Notes under the pieces: model-generated
Database searches by the model: none
What the model saw: the letters and a program-made list of their open reading frames with translations, nothing else
What the model was told of the DNA's origin: nothing
Source of the DNA: an uncultured Rivularia sp.
GTDB taxonomy: Bacteria > Cyanobacteriota > Cyanobacteriia > Cyanobacteriales > Nostocaceae
DNA length: 64,000 nucleotides
Direction: 5' to 3'
Assembly (NCBI GenBank): GCA_963665115.1
Contig: OY762007.1
Span: 5,184,001-5,248,000, forward strand
Shown here: positions 1 to 11,441 of the stretch, in pieces
Layout: each line of letters starts with the position of its first letter
Position numbering within the stretch: position 1 is the first letter of the stretch
Made by a program: the position numbers and the translations under genes

Positions 1-56
1 GAACGTTCTTCTCCCCAATGCCCAATCCCCAATCCCCAATTCCCAATCCCTTTTAT

Positions 57-1199
57 TTACACTTTTTCATACAATGTATTGCGCTGTTGATATGGTCTTC
101 CTAAAGAAGCAATGGTATTCTGTAGAGTTTCTATTTCCATGCAGGTTCCGCCTACAGCACCGGCCATTGTGGTAATATGCTCTTCCATTAATGTGCCGCC
201 GATGTCGTTACAGCCACAATTTAAAGCTTGGGCTGCTCCTTCAATTCCTAGTTTTACCCAACTCGGTTGATGGTTCGATATCCAATTACCTAAATAAATT
301 CTGGCTACAGCAGTAAGCAATAGTGATGAATCTAACTCTGGTTGGTCGCGTCCAACACGACTGCGTAAGGGCTTTGGTGCTTCCTGACCGACAAATGGTA
401 ATAAAATAAACTCCGTGATTAGAGCCGGATAAGCTTTGTTTACAGCAGTTTGTTGTAGCGATCGCAGTTTTTCTAAATGTCCAATTTGTTGTTCTACGGT
501 TTCGATATGTCCCGACAACATGGTGCTGGTAGTGGGCAAACCTAGTTGATGGGCAGTGCTAACAATTTCTAACCAAGTTGCTGCGTTGGTTTTTTCGGGA
601 CAAAGAATACGTCTGACTTTATCGTCTAGTACTTCTGCTGCTGTTCCTGGCATGGAACCGACACCAGCTTCTTGTAAAGCTGCTATCACTTGTGCGTAAG
701 TTAGTCCATCAAGTTTGGCGATAAATTGTATTTCTTGGGGGGAAAAAGCATGAAGATGTAAATGAGGAAAATCTTGTTTGATTGTTTCTACTAATTTGAG
801 ATAGTAAGTTAAAGATTTACCGTCAATTTGCGCTTCGGGGTTTAATCCTCCCTGCATACAGATTTCTGTCGCACCCCTTTTTACTGCGTCTGTAGTTTTT
901 TCTAAAATTTGTCCCCAATCTAACCAAAAAGCACCCTCATCGCCGTCATCTCTTCGGAATGCACAGAAGCTACAGTGTTGCTCGCATATGTTAGTAAAAT
1001 TAATATTTCGGTTGATTATATAAGTGACGGTATCCCCTGCTTGGGAAAATCGTAGTTTGTCGGCTGTTGTATGGATAGCATTTATAACCCGCTTGTCGGT
1101 TTGTTTTAATAATGTAATTCCTTCTTCGGGAGATAAATCATCACCCGTCAAAGCACGTTCAATAATTGGATCGACTGTATTTTTTACGGGAACTTTCAT
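57..1199 (-). CDS. cofH: FO synthase subunit CofH (radical SAM)
   Basis: CxxxCxxC motif ([15 protein letters not shown]), [26 protein letters not shown]. Confidence 0.9.
   Translation of the reverse strand: MKVPVKNTVDPIIERALTGDDLSPEEGITLLKQTDKRVINAIHTTADKLRFSQAGDTVTYIINRNINFTNICEQHCSFCAFRRDDGDEGAFWLDWGQILEKTTDAVKRGATEICMQGGLNPEAQIDGKSLTYYLKLVETIKQDFPHLHLHAFSPQEIQFIAKLDGLTYAQVIAALQEAGVGSMPGTAAEVLDDKVRRILCPEKTNAATWLEIVSTAHQLGLPTTSTMLSGHIETVEQQIGHLEKLRSLQQTAVNKAYPALITEFILLPFVGQEAPKPLRSRVGRDQPELDSSLLLTAVARIYLGNWISNHQPSWVKLGIEGAAQALNCGCNDIGGTLMEEHITTMAGAVGGTCMEIETLQNTIASLGRPYQQRNTLYEKV
458..465. repeat. HIP1 octamer GCGATCGC (representative; about 17 copies seen across the window)
   Basis: Also near 3649, 4957, 7151, 14253, 17814, 24893, 27361, 28864, 33102, 37753, 46828, 47596, 49741, 55757, 63477, 63885; cyanobacterial hallmark. 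Confidence 0.9.
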
Positions 1200-1422
1200 A
1201 GGAATTTTTTAAACAAATAGTATTTATCAAAAGTTAAGGCACAGAAAGCCCATGTTTCATTTTTACAGTTAATATCACTTTGTAATGCAAATTACCAAAA
1301 TGAGATAAATATATTTTTAACCTTTAACTTTTAACCTTTGACCTTTTAAAATTACCCATTCTCAAAAAATGAATTTCAAGCATAATAACTAAAAGCACTT
1401 AGCCATCAATTTCTTTTTCTTC

Positions 1423-2664
1423 ATGAGTATCATTCAACCGAAGAATCTTTTATCAGTGCCAAGCGGTTCTTTACGGATTCCCAAATTGCCATCTAGAGTC
1501 GGTGTTGCCAATCGAAGCATTATGTTTTCGTTGGTTATTCCCACTTATCTTGAAGCTGGTAATATCGATAAAATCGTCAGAACATTAACTAGCTTGCTTG
1601 ATGAAAGTATACCGGGAGACTACGAATTAATTATAGTTGACGATAATAGCCCGGATGGTACTTGGGAAAATGCGTTGTCGATGACTTCAGAATTTCCACA
1701 GTTACAGGTGATGCGACGGGAAAACGAACGAGGGCTTTCTTCTGCGGTAATTCGCGGCTGGCAAAATTCTAGAGGAAGGATATTAGGAGTCATCGATGGA
1801 GATTTGCAACATCCACCCTACATATTGTTGCAATTATTAAATGCGATTGAAAGTGCTTCAGATTTAGCCGTTGCGAGTCGTCATGTAGAAGGTGGTGGGG
1901 TAAGCCGTTGGAGTTTTATTCGGCGTTTGTTATCTCGCGGCGCTCAATTGTTAGGATTGCTTATATTACCGCGAGTTACGGGTAGGGTTTCCGATCCGAT
2001 GAGCGGTTATTTTATGGTGCGTCGTAGCTGCATCGAAGATACAACTTTTAATCCTATAGGCTATAAAATTCTCTTAGAAGTTTTAGGAAGAGGAAAAATA
2101 GACGAAATCGCTGAAGTTGGTTATGTATTTTGCGAGCGTCAAGATGGAGAAAGCAAAGTGAGTTGGAAGCATTATCTTGACTATATTCGTCATCTGTTAA
2201 GACTGCGTTTCTCTTCGGAAAAGGTAGAACAATTGAGCCAACAGTCGGGTTTTCCCATCGGTAAATTTATACGTTTTGGTTTGGTGGGTTTAAGCGGAGT
2301 ATTTGTAGATATGACAATACTTTACTTACTTAGCGACCCTAATACTTTAGCTTTGCCTTTAACTCGCAGTAAAATTATTGCGGGGGAAATAGCTATTTTC
2401 AATAATTTTTTGTGGAATGACGCTTGGACTTTTGCTGATGTGGCTATGCAACAAAAAGGACTGAAACAACGTTTGAAGCGATTCTTTAAATTTAATATTA
2501 TTTGTTTGGCAGGATTAGCGATTAACGTGTTGGTGTTGAATTTAGTATTCAATTTTGTGATTTCTAATCGTTATATTGCAAATCTTATTGCTATTGCCGT
2601 AGCTACCGTATGGAATTTTTGGGTAAACCTGAAACTGAGTTGGCGAGTAACGCAGGTAAAGTAA
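1423..2664 (+). CDS. GT2 polyprenol-phosphate glycosyltransferase (DPM1-like) fused to a GtrA domain
   Basis: SLVIPTYLE, IIVDDNSPDGT, VIDGDLQHPP, SDPMSGYF; C-terminal 4-TM GtrA (IRFGLVGLSG...NFLWND..TF). Confidence 0.9.
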   Translation: MSIIQPKNLLSVPSGSLRIPKLPSRVGVANRSIMFSLVIPTYLEAGNIDKIVRTLTSLLDESIPGDYELIIVDDNSPDGTWENALSMTSEFPQLQVMRRENERGLSSAVIRGWQNSRGRILGVIDGDLQHPPYILLQLLNAIESASDLAVASRHVEGGGVSRWSFIRRLLSRGAQLLGLLILPRVTGRVSDPMSGYFMVRRSCIEDTTFNPIGYKILLEVLGRGKIDEIAEVGYVFCERQDGESKVSWKHYLDYIRHLLRLRFSSEKVEQLSQQSGFPIGKFIRFGLVGLSGVFVDMTILYLLSDPNTLALPLTRSKIIAGEIAIFNNFLWNDAWTFADVAMQQKGLKQRLKRFFKFNIICLAGLAINVLVLNLVFNFVISNRYIANLIAIAVATVWNFWVNLKLSWRVTQVK

Positions 2665-2783
2665 ATTTTGAATGGATAATAGGAGTGGAGGGAACAGAAA
2701 ATAATTTTGTTATTGTGGTGCGGGCATCCCTGCCCGTTTGATTTTAAGTAATTAGTTATAAATTTGCCATATATAGAACTTAT

Positions 2784-4507
2784 ATGCAATCTCAAAATAT
2801 AAAACAAGTGAATTATTCAAAAAAAAAAGGATATTCAATCAATTAGTATTTTTACTCGTATGGGTATTAATTGGGACTATTTTACGTTTTACTAATTTGA
2901 CTAGTAAACCCCCTTGGATTGATGAATTTGCCACAATAGTTTTTAGTTTGGGTAATAGTTTTCAAGTAGTGCCTTTAAATCAAATAATAACTACTGATAC
3001 TTTATTGCAACCCCTGCAAATCAATCCAAAATTTGGTGTCCAAGAAGTATTGCAAAAACTATTAACAGAAGATATTCATCCGCCAGTTTATTTTGTCTTG
3101 GCTCATTGGTGGATGTCTTTATGGCAGGGACAAGATTTAATTTTTAAAGCGCGTAGTATTAGTGCAATATTTGGCATTGCTTCGATTCCATCTATTTATG
3201 GATTAGCATGGCTGAGTTTTCGTTCTTCTTTAATAGCACAGCTAGCTGCTGCATTCATGGCAGTGTCTCCTTACAGCATTTTTTTAGCCCAAGAAGCGCG
3301 TCATTACACTTTAGGAAGTTTATGGGTAATTGCTTCTTTGTATTTTTTGGTAGTTGCGGTGCGCCGCATTCAACAGCAACAGCCTTTACCAATTGTCATT
3401 GCCATTTTTTGGTTTGTTGTTAATGCATTGGGAATCTCGACTCATTACTTTTTCAGCCTTATCCTTTGCGGTGAAGCCATAGTTTTAATGAAATATTGGC
3501 TTAATCCTAAATCTAGAATTACTAATTTGAAATTATGGTGGACTATTTATGCTGCGGTAATAAGTACAATCGCTACTGGTTTATTTTGGCTAAATTTATT
3601 TCTATATAATCGTTACACAGGACAATTAACGCAATGGATAAAAGATAGCGATCGCAATTTTTTTAATTTCTTCAATCCTATTTTTCAATCTTTAGCTGGC
3701 TGGATTACAATTATTTCTTTATTACCAGTTGAATCGTCGCAAATTCAGGTGGTAATTGCTTCTGGTTTTGTAATGATTATTTTCTTTATCTGGGCAGTCC
3801 CAATTTTAATTCGTAATTACAAAATTCAGTATGCCGAGCCTAAAAACCGTCTGATGACTCAGACATTTACCAGCGTTCTTTTAACGGTAATTGCTCTCTT
3901 TTTTATTATTACCTATTTATTTGGCATAGATATTACTAGAGGCGCTCGTTACAACTTCGTTTATTTTCCTGTTGTAATACTATTGTTGGGGGTTATACTA
4001 GCTGCTTGCTGGCATCAAAATATATCTAATAGTCCAGCGTTTTTTCGATTCAATATTAATGGAAAAAGCGCCGTAACTCTGATGTGGGTTATGGGATTAT
4101 TAAGCGCTATTACAGTTGTCTCCAATCTTGGATATCAAAAATATTACCAACCCGATTTACTAATTCCCATTATCGAAAATATATCTGAAAATAAACCCGT
4201 TTTAATTGCTACCACTTATCGCAGTTTGGCGCAAACAGGAGAAATGATGGGTATAGCCAAACAAATTCAAGCGAGTAATTCGTCAGTTAATGCTCAATTT
4301 TTAATTATTCCTGAAAATCAAACATCCGACACTGCGACAAAAACTTTAATCAAAGAAATAAAAAGATTACCACGTCCCTTCGACTTGTGGTTAACAAACT
4401 TCCGCACAGTTGAAAAAAAATCCTTAACTGTACCATCTTGTATTCCCGATACTCAAACTTTACCGGCAGTCGATGGATATGAATATAAAATTTATCATTG
4501 TAATTGA
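2784..4507 (+). CDS. GT-C/GT39 (PMT-like) membrane glycosyltransferase; N-terminus out of frame at the A10 run
   Basis: PPWIDE, DIHPPVYF, QEARHYTL motifs and many TM segments; ATG 2784 joins ORF 2897..4507 if one A is added to the run at 2819-2828. Confidence 0.8.
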
Positions 4508-4715
4508 ATCAAAAGGGAATGGGGGATTGAGGATTGGGAGATGGCGAGACAAGGAGACATTATTAAAGTAGTGAGTAATGAGTAATAAGTAGCGAGTAAA
4601 AATATACGGGCAGCTATGAGCGACATTTATGACAATAATAAAAAGTGATTTACTTGCTACTCTCTACTCTCTACTCTCTACTTGCTACTCTCAATCCCCA
4701 ATGCCCAATGCCCAA

Positions 4716-5309
4716 TTACCCATTACCAATTACTTGAGAAAAACCCGCTATAGTTCTCAAATTTTGAGTACGGATTAATTCGATAAAATTTAAAGTAGAA
4801 CGCTTTTCAATTTTTGCAACAGTTTCGATTGCTTTTAAAAGATGTTCTGCTGCTTCGGCTTCTGAATAACCTCGACGTTGCACTAAATTAATAGTAGCCA
4901 TATCAGCAGTAACTTCCGACTCTTGAGAACGATTGTTACGGTACATACGGAGAATGGCGATCGCACTTAATCCAGCAGCGGCAACAACTCCCACTGCATC
5001 ACCTTGAGCCGATTCTATTAAACCGCCGAAAATTCCAACTAACGCTACACCTTGATATACATTTGGCTTAAACCACTCTACCCCTGTTAACCAGCTAGCG
5101 GTACGCAATAGTAATAAATCCCGTTGTTGTTTGCTAAGATTGCACCACAAATCAAAGTTAATATATATTGGTCTTTCTCGATGCCAAGGTAATGGAAACG
5201 ATGCATCAATTACCTTCATCTGTTCTGGCTTGCTAAGAATTTTTACCGTATTCCTAGCGGAAGCAGGCATTAAATCTGACAAACGACGAATTTCTACCTT
5301 TGGCTCCAT
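4716..5309 (-). CDS. DUF3318-like conserved cyanobacterial protein
   Basis: EIRRLSDLMPASAR...PLPW...IYINFDLW family signature. Confidence 0.7.
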   Translation of the reverse strand: MEPKVEIRRLSDLMPASARNTVKILSKPEQMKVIDASFPLPWHRERPIYINFDLWCNLSKQQRDLLLLRTASWLTGVEWFKPNVYQGVALVGIFGGLIESAQGDAVGVVAAAGLSAIAILRMYRNNRSQESEVTADMATINLVQRRGYSEAEAAEHLLKAIETVAKIEKRSTLNFIELIRTQNLRTIAGFSQVIGNG

Positions 5310-5528
5310 AATTTATATTTGGGGATTGGGAATTGGGAATTGAAAGGTTAGGTTGCTATCTCAAATCGCTACAAATTATTAAAAAGCATGGAATTTGCGA
5401 GTTGCTAATTTTTCTTACTCGATCTAAAAATACTTAGCAAAAAATAGTAAAGTAAAATTAAAGGCTTTCCTATGCCCAATTCCCAATCCCCGATGACCGA
5501 TTCCAATTCCAATTAACTACCAATTTTT

Positions 5529-5780
5529 ATGGATGCTTTTGCTCCCATAGCTCCTGAATGGACAAATCAAGCTACTCATGCTTTTGAGTTTTGCTGTCCT
5601 AAGTGTGGCTCAACCAGTCGTGAAGCCGAAAAGGTTTGGATAAATAGACGTTCCCCTGTAGTTACAGAAGGGTATCGCCGTAAATGGCAGGAATTTTACT
5701 ACTGTAATTGCTCTCATGTGTGGTGGGCTTGGAGTAATGATAGACCACCGATCGATAATTCCGAAAGAATGCCGGATTAG
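5529..5780 (+). CDS. Small conserved Zn-ribbon-like protein
   Basis: CCPKC...CNC and WWAWS; 83 aa. Confidence 0.7.
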   Translation: MDAFAPIAPEWTNQATHAFEFCCPKCGSTSREAEKVWINRRSPVVTEGYRRKWQEFYYCNCSHVWWAWSNDRPPIDNSERMPD

Positions 5781-5835
5781 CCGCAATATATCTAAGTTAA
5801 AAAATAATAAATTAATAAATAAACAAATAAATAGC

Positions 5836-5857
5836 AAAAAACCTGCTCTGGGCAGGC
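5836..5857 (-). terminator. Intrinsic terminator of porin 1
   Basis: Minus strand CCTGC-CCAGA-GCAGG followed by a T run. Confidence 0.6.
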
Positions 5858-5858
5858 T

Positions 5859-5884
5859 GTAGAGACGTAATATATTACGTCTCT
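5859..5884. repeat. REP-like palindrome GTAGAGACGT-N6-ACGTCTCT (family also near 23913, 25760, 25887, 50282)
   Basis: Conserved arms with a variable centre in several intergenic regions. Confidence 0.8.
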
Positions 5885-5913
5885 CAATTACGTCTGTTGA
5901 TACTGACACAGAT

Positions 5914-7500
5914 TTAGAACTTGAAGGTTGTACGTAGTGTACCTACATAAACTGTATCGTTAGCGTTATTGTGTTCGGGGTTAAAGATTACCAACAAACC
6001 AGGAGTAACTGCGATGTTGTCGTTAAGCTTCATCTTGTAAAGACCTTCTAAATGGTAAGAGGTATCTGGGTTTTTAGTAGCACCTGCAAAACCACTAATG
6101 TTGGTTATTTTCGGTGGTTGACCGAAGATTAAACCCAAGGTATTACCCTTTTTACCAAAGTCTTTCATGCCGAGTGTAGCAGCCCAGTACTCAATTTCAG
6201 AATCTCCAGCACCATTAAATTCATCAGCATCAACAAAACCGTACCAACCACCAAGAGTTGTCTTTTTGTTGAGCTTTAAAGCAGCTTGTACGCCGTAGTG
6301 ATTAGATTTAGTTGCAACCCCACTACCAAAAGGTCTTCTGGTACCGTTAGCACCTGTGCTACCAGTTACATTAGTGGAACTGCCATCATCAAAACGACGC
6401 ACGTAGGTAGCACCTACACTCAAAGCTTTTATAGGCTGGACTTCAATTTGACCTAAGAAAGCATTGCTGCCATTGAAAAAACCATTATCGGTATCGGTTG
6501 GATTTCCAGAAGTATAAGAACCACTTAATTTGATCGGAGATTTCTTACCACCCAACACAGCTGTTACACCAGCGTCACCGCTTGCAGCACGGTAGATAGG
6601 GCTGAAACGACCGTAACGAGAGATAGCACCACCACCACTGCTTTTGAATAAGGGATTAAAGACGTTAACGTTGTCATTGAGGTCGGCTTCGTTAGCGTCA
6701 ATTTTAACCATGACTCCCTTCGCAGGTTTGAAGGTGTAGTTTAATTCTGTAAGATCAACTTCATTGTCGTTACTACCTTCAAAGCCTAAACGAGCCATTC
6801 TGGTTCCTGTTATACCATCAAACCCAGGGGTGTTTCGAGCTTGTAAACGAACTCTCAACTTATCTTTACCAGTGAAGCTGCTATCAAAGGTTAAACGAAC
6901 TCGGTTGGTTAAGATTACGTTGTCATCTATATCTCCGCTACCATCAGCTTTCTGATCGCCAAAAGCACCAGATGCAGCAAAGATTGCTTCACCCTTCAAC
7001 TTAGCAGTAGTAGAAAACTGATTGCTTTCCAATTCAGAAGTACGGAATTCCAAACCATCTACACGGCCGCGTAGAGTAGCTAATTCAGCACCATACTCTT
7101 CTTGCAAGCGCTTCAAGGTTGCCATGTCACCCGAACCAACTTGCTCGATTGCGATCGCAATCAATTCGTTCATGCGATCTAAGCAAGCGTTCAAACCAGC
7201 AGCGAATTCGTAACGGGTTAAAGCCCGGTTTCCACGGAAGGTGCTGTTGGGATAACCAGCAATACAACCGTAGCGCTCAACCAAAGATTGCAATGCTTGG
7301 AATGCCCAATCGGTGGGCTGTACGTCGGTAAACTGGGAAACGGATGTTACCTGACCAATGTTGCTAGATTCTTCAGATAGCTCGGCAACAGAAGTGGTTT
7401 TTTCGGTTGCTTCACCAGCGAATGCGCCGGATTCTGCGAAAAATGTTGCAGCAAGAACTACTGGACTTAATTTGAAAACGTTCCAGAAAAGCTTTGTCAT
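5914..7500 (-). CDS. SLH-domain outer-membrane porin (OprB/SomA type), paralog 1
   Basis: QVTSVSQFTDVQPTDWAFQALQSLVERYGCIAGYP SLH domain, NQFSTT, C-terminal YVGTLRTTFKF; likely start ATG 7500. Confidence 0.92.
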   Translation of the reverse strand: MTKLFWNVFKLSPVVLAATFFAESGAFAGEATEKTTSVAELSEESSNIGQVTSVSQFTDVQPTDWAFQALQSLVERYGCIAGYPNSTFRGNRALTRYEFAAGLNACLDRMNELIAIAIEQVGSGDMATLKRLQEEYGAELATLRGRVDGLEFRTSELESNQFSTTAKLKGEAIFAASGAFGDQKADGSGDIDDNVILTNRVRLTFDSSFTGKDKLRVRLQARNTPGFDGITGTRMARLGFEGSNDNEVDLTELNYTFKPAKGVMVKIDANEADLNDNVNVFNPLFKSSGGGAISRYGRFSPIYRAASGDAGVTAVLGGKKSPIKLSGSYTSGNPTDTDNGFFNGSNAFLGQIEVQPIKALSVGATYVRRFDDGSSTNVTGSTGANGTRRPFGSGVATKSNHYGVQAALKLNKKTTLGGWYGFVDADEFNGAGDSEIEYWAATLGMKDFGKKGNTLGLIFGQPPKITNISGFAGATKNPDTSYHLEGLYKMKLNDNIAVTPGLLVIFNPEHNNANDTVYVGTLRTTFKF

Positions 7501-7816
7501 TTTTTTCTCTCTCACTCACACCTACCGTTTAGACCCCCACAAAATTATTCGTTTTTTATTTTGCGAATATTTACTGGTGGCTGTTGTATTAAATTTAAGT
7601 TCATTGCTAGTATTTAAAACAAGTCTACTAATACACCTTTTTCAAATTTATTCTTTTTTTAATCTATTTATAATCTATTTCTCGTAAGTAATTATCGTTT
7701 ATAGGTATATTAGCGTTGTTTTGCTATTTGAAGTTTTATAGCAAATCTATTATATTTTTTATGTATTATAAATAACTTTATATATTTAAAGATAAATAAG
7801 ATTAAATAAAATATTC

Positions 7817-7847
7817 AGAAACCCGATATCTTCAAGATACCGGGTTT
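7817..7847. repeat. REP-like hairpin AGAAACCCGGTATCTT-AAGATACCGGGTTT (also near 21821 and 28226)
   Basis: Three near-identical copies downstream of genes. Confidence 0.75.
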
Positions 7848-7887
7848 ATTGTTCTAACTAATTACTTAATCTGCTTCAGGGATAATT

Positions 7888-9531
7888 CTAGAAACTAAAG
7901 GTAGTACGCAAGGTACCCACATAGATAGTGTCGTTATTTTCGTTGTGTTCTGGATTGAAGATAACCAATAATCCTGGTGTTACCGAAACATTATCGTTTA
8001 GTTGCAGCCTGTACAAAGCTTCTAAATGATAGGAGGTGTCAGGATCTTCGCGATTGTTGACATCGTTATCGGTCACTTTTGGTGGTTGTCCGAAAATAAT
8101 ACCTAAAAGACTATTTTTCGTCCCGAAGTCTCTTATACCCAAATTTGCAGCCCAGTAAAACACCTCTGCATCCGCACCTTCATTTCCTCCAGCTAAAGCT
8201 TCCATAGTAGAATAACCAGCCCAACCGCCGACACTTATTTTAGAAGCGGGTCGGAAGTTTGCTTGTACGCTGTAATGATTGCCTGTACTAGCTGTATTTC
8301 CAAAGGGTTGATTAGCAAAACTGCTACCCGTACTTCTAAACAAATTTGCTCTATTTCCTCTACCAGTATTACGATAGGTACGAGCAAAGCTTGCACCAAC
8401 ATTGAAAGATTTAGAGGGTTGAAAGTCTACTTGACCAAAAACCGCATTAGAACCGTTGAAAACTCCATTTGGAGATTCTGGATCGCTTGGTCTGCGTGCT
8501 AAATAAGCACCTGTCAATTTAATTTTTCCTTGAGGATTAGCAGTTACAGTTAGGCCAGCACCACCAGCACCTTGACGATAAATGGGGCTAAAACGTCCGT
8601 AACGCGATATCGCACCCGTTCCGCTGTCTTCAAAATTGGGATTGAAAGTATTAACGTTTTGAAATAATTCGGCGTTGGTAGCATCAACTTTTACCCGCAA
8701 TGCATCACCCAAATTGAAAGCATAACTAAGTTTATCAAGACCAATATCGTTGTTAGATTCCCCAAAAACATTATCAAAAGAAAGACGAGTCATATCAGTA
8801 TTCGTAACACCGTCTGCAAAAGGTCCCCGATTGTATCTAGTGATATTACCAGCATTTAAACGAAGTTCTAACTCGTCGGTACCAGTAAAACTACTAATCA
8901 AGTTTATTCGGACGCGGTTTGAGAAAGTTGTATTGCTCTCAAGGTCGGGATTGTTATTTGGGTCATTATCAATATCTGCTTCTTCGTCGCCAAAAGCGTT
9001 AGATAAGTTAAATATTGCTCGCCCTTTGAGTTTAGTAGTAGTAGAAAATTGATTGGCTTCTAATTGGGCGGTACTTGCTTCAAGCGCATCTACACGACCG
9101 CGCAAAGTTGCCAATTCTGGGCCAAATTCCGACTGCAATCTTTGTAAAGTAATCAAATCATCTCTAGTTAACAAATCTCTCGTTGCTAAAGCGATAAGCT
9201 CGTTGATCCGATTCAAACAAGCATTTAATCCAGCAGCGAATTCATAACGAGTCATGGCGCGATTGCCGCGATAGGTACCGTTGGGATAACCTGCTATACA
9301 TCCATATCGCTCTACCAATGATTGCAATGCTTGAAATGCCCAGCCTGTAGGCTGTACGTCAGAAAACTGAGATACTGACGTTACTTGAGCCATTGGATCT
9401 ACTTCTTCTGAGAGTTCGGCAACGGTTGTTAACTGTTGATCTTCTGCTGCTAAAACAGGATTTGCCGCAATACAAGAAACTGCTGTCAAAACAGAGCTTA
9501 GTTGAAGAAAATTCTTAAAACGTTTTTTCAT
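7888..9531 (-). CDS. SLH-domain outer-membrane porin, paralog 2
   Basis: Same SLH motif and C-terminal TLRTTFSF; likely start ATG 9531 (MKKRFKNF). Confidence 0.92.
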   Translation of the reverse strand: MKKRFKNFLQLSSVLTAVSCIAANPVLAAEDQQLTTVAELSEEVDPMAQVTSVSQFSDVQPTGWAFQALQSLVERYGCIAGYPNGTYRGNRAMTRYEFAAGLNACLNRINELIALATRDLLTRDDLITLQRLQSEFGPELATLRGRVDALEASTAQLEANQFSTTTKLKGRAIFNLSNAFGDEEADIDNDPNNNPDLESNTTFSNRVRINLISSFTGTDELELRLNAGNITRYNRGPFADGVTNTDMTRLSFDNVFGESNNDIGLDKLSYAFNLGDALRVKVDATNAELFQNVNTFNPNFEDSGTGAISRYGRFSPIYRQGAGGAGLTVTANPQGKIKLTGAYLARRPSDPESPNGVFNGSNAVFGQVDFQPSKSFNVGASFARTYRNTGRGNRANLFRSTGSSFANQPFGNTASTGNHYSVQANFRPASKISVGGWAGYSTMEALAGGNEGADAEVFYWAANLGIRDFGTKNSLLGIIFGQPPKVTDNDVNNREDPDTSYHLEALYRLQLNDNVSVTPGLLVIFNPEHNENNDTIYVGTLRTTFSF

Positions 9532-9784
9532 CTCTTTGATAATTATCCCCTGCAATACTGACATGGAAACACTAAATCATAAGTAGGATCTGCAACTTAC
9601 GTGTTTTACTTACGAAATTGTTGAACAAATATTGTATCAGAAGACGTTGCATGCTAATTCTATTCAAGACATAGAATGCAAAAAGCCCGCTATTACCACA
9701 GGCTTGGTTTGATTGATATTTTTCTCCACTGCTTACAAAGTTTTCCCAGCCTGAGTCTAGGAAAAAGTTATTTAAAATAGTCAC

Positions 9785-9810
9785 AAAAAAAGCCTGCTTT
9801 TGCAGGCTTT
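9785..9810 (-). terminator. Intrinsic terminator of porin 3
   Basis: AAAGCCTGC-AAAA-GCAGGCTTT followed by a T run on the minus strand. Confidence 0.8.
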
Positions 9811-9839
9811 AGATAATTTATGAAATTGCTAACAAAATC

Positions 9840-11441
9840 TTAGAATTTGAAAGTAGTACGAAGCGTTCCAACATAAATGGTGTCGTTACCGTTATCGTGT
9901 TCGGGGTTGAAAATCACCAATACGCCAGGAGTGATGGCAATATTATCGTTGATGGGTAACTTGTAAAGTGCCTCTAAGTGGTAAGAAGTATCTTGGTCTT
10001 CACGAGTACCATCATCATTATCGGTTACTTTAGGAGGTTGACCGAAAATTACACCAAGAGTACTTCCCTTAGCACCAAAATCTTTAATGCCTATATTTGC
10101 AGCCCAGTACTGAATTTCAGCATCCCCTGCTCCTTCTGCTGGATCTGCGTCTGCAAAACCATACCAGCCACCAACAGAGATTTTAGAACCAACTTTTACG
10201 TTAGCTTGTACCCCGTAGTGGTTAGCTACAGTTGCAACATTACCAAACGGTCTATTTGCAAATTCACCACCCGTACTCTCTAAAATACGATTCAAACTGG
10301 GATTACCGTTATCGTCTGGTTCTGTACCGTAATAGCTGCGAGCATAGGTCAAACCTAGATTTACTGCTTTGGTAGGATTGAATTCTAGCTGACCAAGTAC
10401 GGTGTTATCACCATTGAAAAGACCAGAACCATTATCAGGGTCGCTATTTTCTGATGCGAGATAAGCACCCGATAATCTAAATTTTCCTTTGGAATTTAAG
10501 GTTACGAATGCACCAGCACCGCCACCACCAAGGCGATAAATCGGGCTAAAACGTCCGTAGCGCGAGATGGAACCACCACCACTACTCTTGAAGACGGGAT
10601 TGAAGTGGTTAAGACTATCGTAAGTCTTTGCGTCATTAGCTGCTAACTTCACCCGTGCTGGACCTAAGTTGAAGGAGTAGTTGACTTTATCAATCTGAAC
10701 ATCGTTACCATTGTCGCCAGCAAAACCCAAACGGGTCATTCTAGTACCTGTTTGGCTGTCATTTTGCTGGATATTAGCGGCTGTTAAACGAATTTGTAAT
10801 TCATCTTTACCAGTAAAGCTACTCAACAAATTCAAACGAGCACGATTTGCAAAAGTTACGTTGCTGTCTAAGTCTCCACCATCTACATCTTCATCACCAA
10901 AAACGTCGGTGACGTTGAAAACTGCTTCACCTTTTAATTTCGTAGTTGTCGAAAATTGATTTGCTTCTATTTCAGCAGTGCGAGCTTCTAATGCATCTAC
11001 CCTACCGCGTAAGGTTGCTAGCTCTGCACTAAATTCTTCTTGTAAACGTTGTAAAGTCGCTAAATCTTCTCTACTAACAATATTTGTTGTTGCTGTTGCA
11101 ATCAGTTCATTAACTCTATCCAAACAAGCATTCAAACCAGCAGCAAATTCATAACGAGTTAAAGCCCGATTCCCGCGATATGTGCCGTTAGGATAACCTG
11201 CAATACAACCATAACGCTCTACCAATGATTGCAATGCTTGAAATGCCCAATCTGTTGGCTGAACGTCAGAAAACTGCGATACTGATGTTACCTGAGCCAT
11301 CGACTTACTTTCTTCAGATAATTCAGCAACGGGTGTTACTTGTTGGTTAACTTCCTCTGCAAATGCACTGTTAGCAGTAAAAACTGTAGCTGCTGCAATT
11401 ACTGGACTTAGTTTTAGAATATCCCAAATTAGTTTTTTCAT
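9840..11441 (-). CDS. SLH-domain outer-membrane porin, paralog 3 (all4499-like position)
   Basis: SLH motif, C-terminal TLRTTFKF; likely start ATG 11441. Confidence 0.92.
   Translation of the reverse strand: MKKLIWDILKLSPVIAAATVFTANSAFAEEVNQQVTPVAELSEESKSMAQVTSVSQFSDVQPTDWAFQALQSLVERYGCIAGYPNGTYRGNRALTRYEFAAGLNACLDRVNELIATATTNIVSREDLATLQRLQEEFSAELATLRGRVDALEARTAEIEANQFSTTTKLKGEAVFNVTDVFGDEDVDGGDLDSNVTFANRARLNLLSSFTGKDELQIRLTAANIQQNDSQTGTRMTRLGFAGDNGNDVQIDKVNYSFNLGPARVKLAANDAKTYDSLNHFNPVFKSSGGGSISRYGRFSPIYRLGGGGAGAFVTLNSKGKFRLSGAYLASENSDPDNGSGLFNGDNTVLGQLEFNPTKAVNLGLTYARSYYGTEPDDNGNPSLNRILESTGGEFANRPFGNVATVANHYGVQANVKVGSKISVGGWYGFADADPAEGAGDAEIQYWAANIGIKDFGAKGSTLGVIFGQPPKVTDNDDGTREDQDTSYHLEALYKLPINDNIAITPGVLVIFNPEHDNGNDTIYVGTLRTTFKF

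Noticed and set aside
9572..9784. 70-aa ORF between porins 2 and 3
   Set aside because: No SD or motif; it occupies the likely promoter region of porin 2.
6764..10959. Short antisense ORFs within the porins (and similar ones in phoX, sphS, rbr, crp)
   Set aside because: Ordinary shadow ORFs of about 145 aa or less, unlike the full-length tnpB case.
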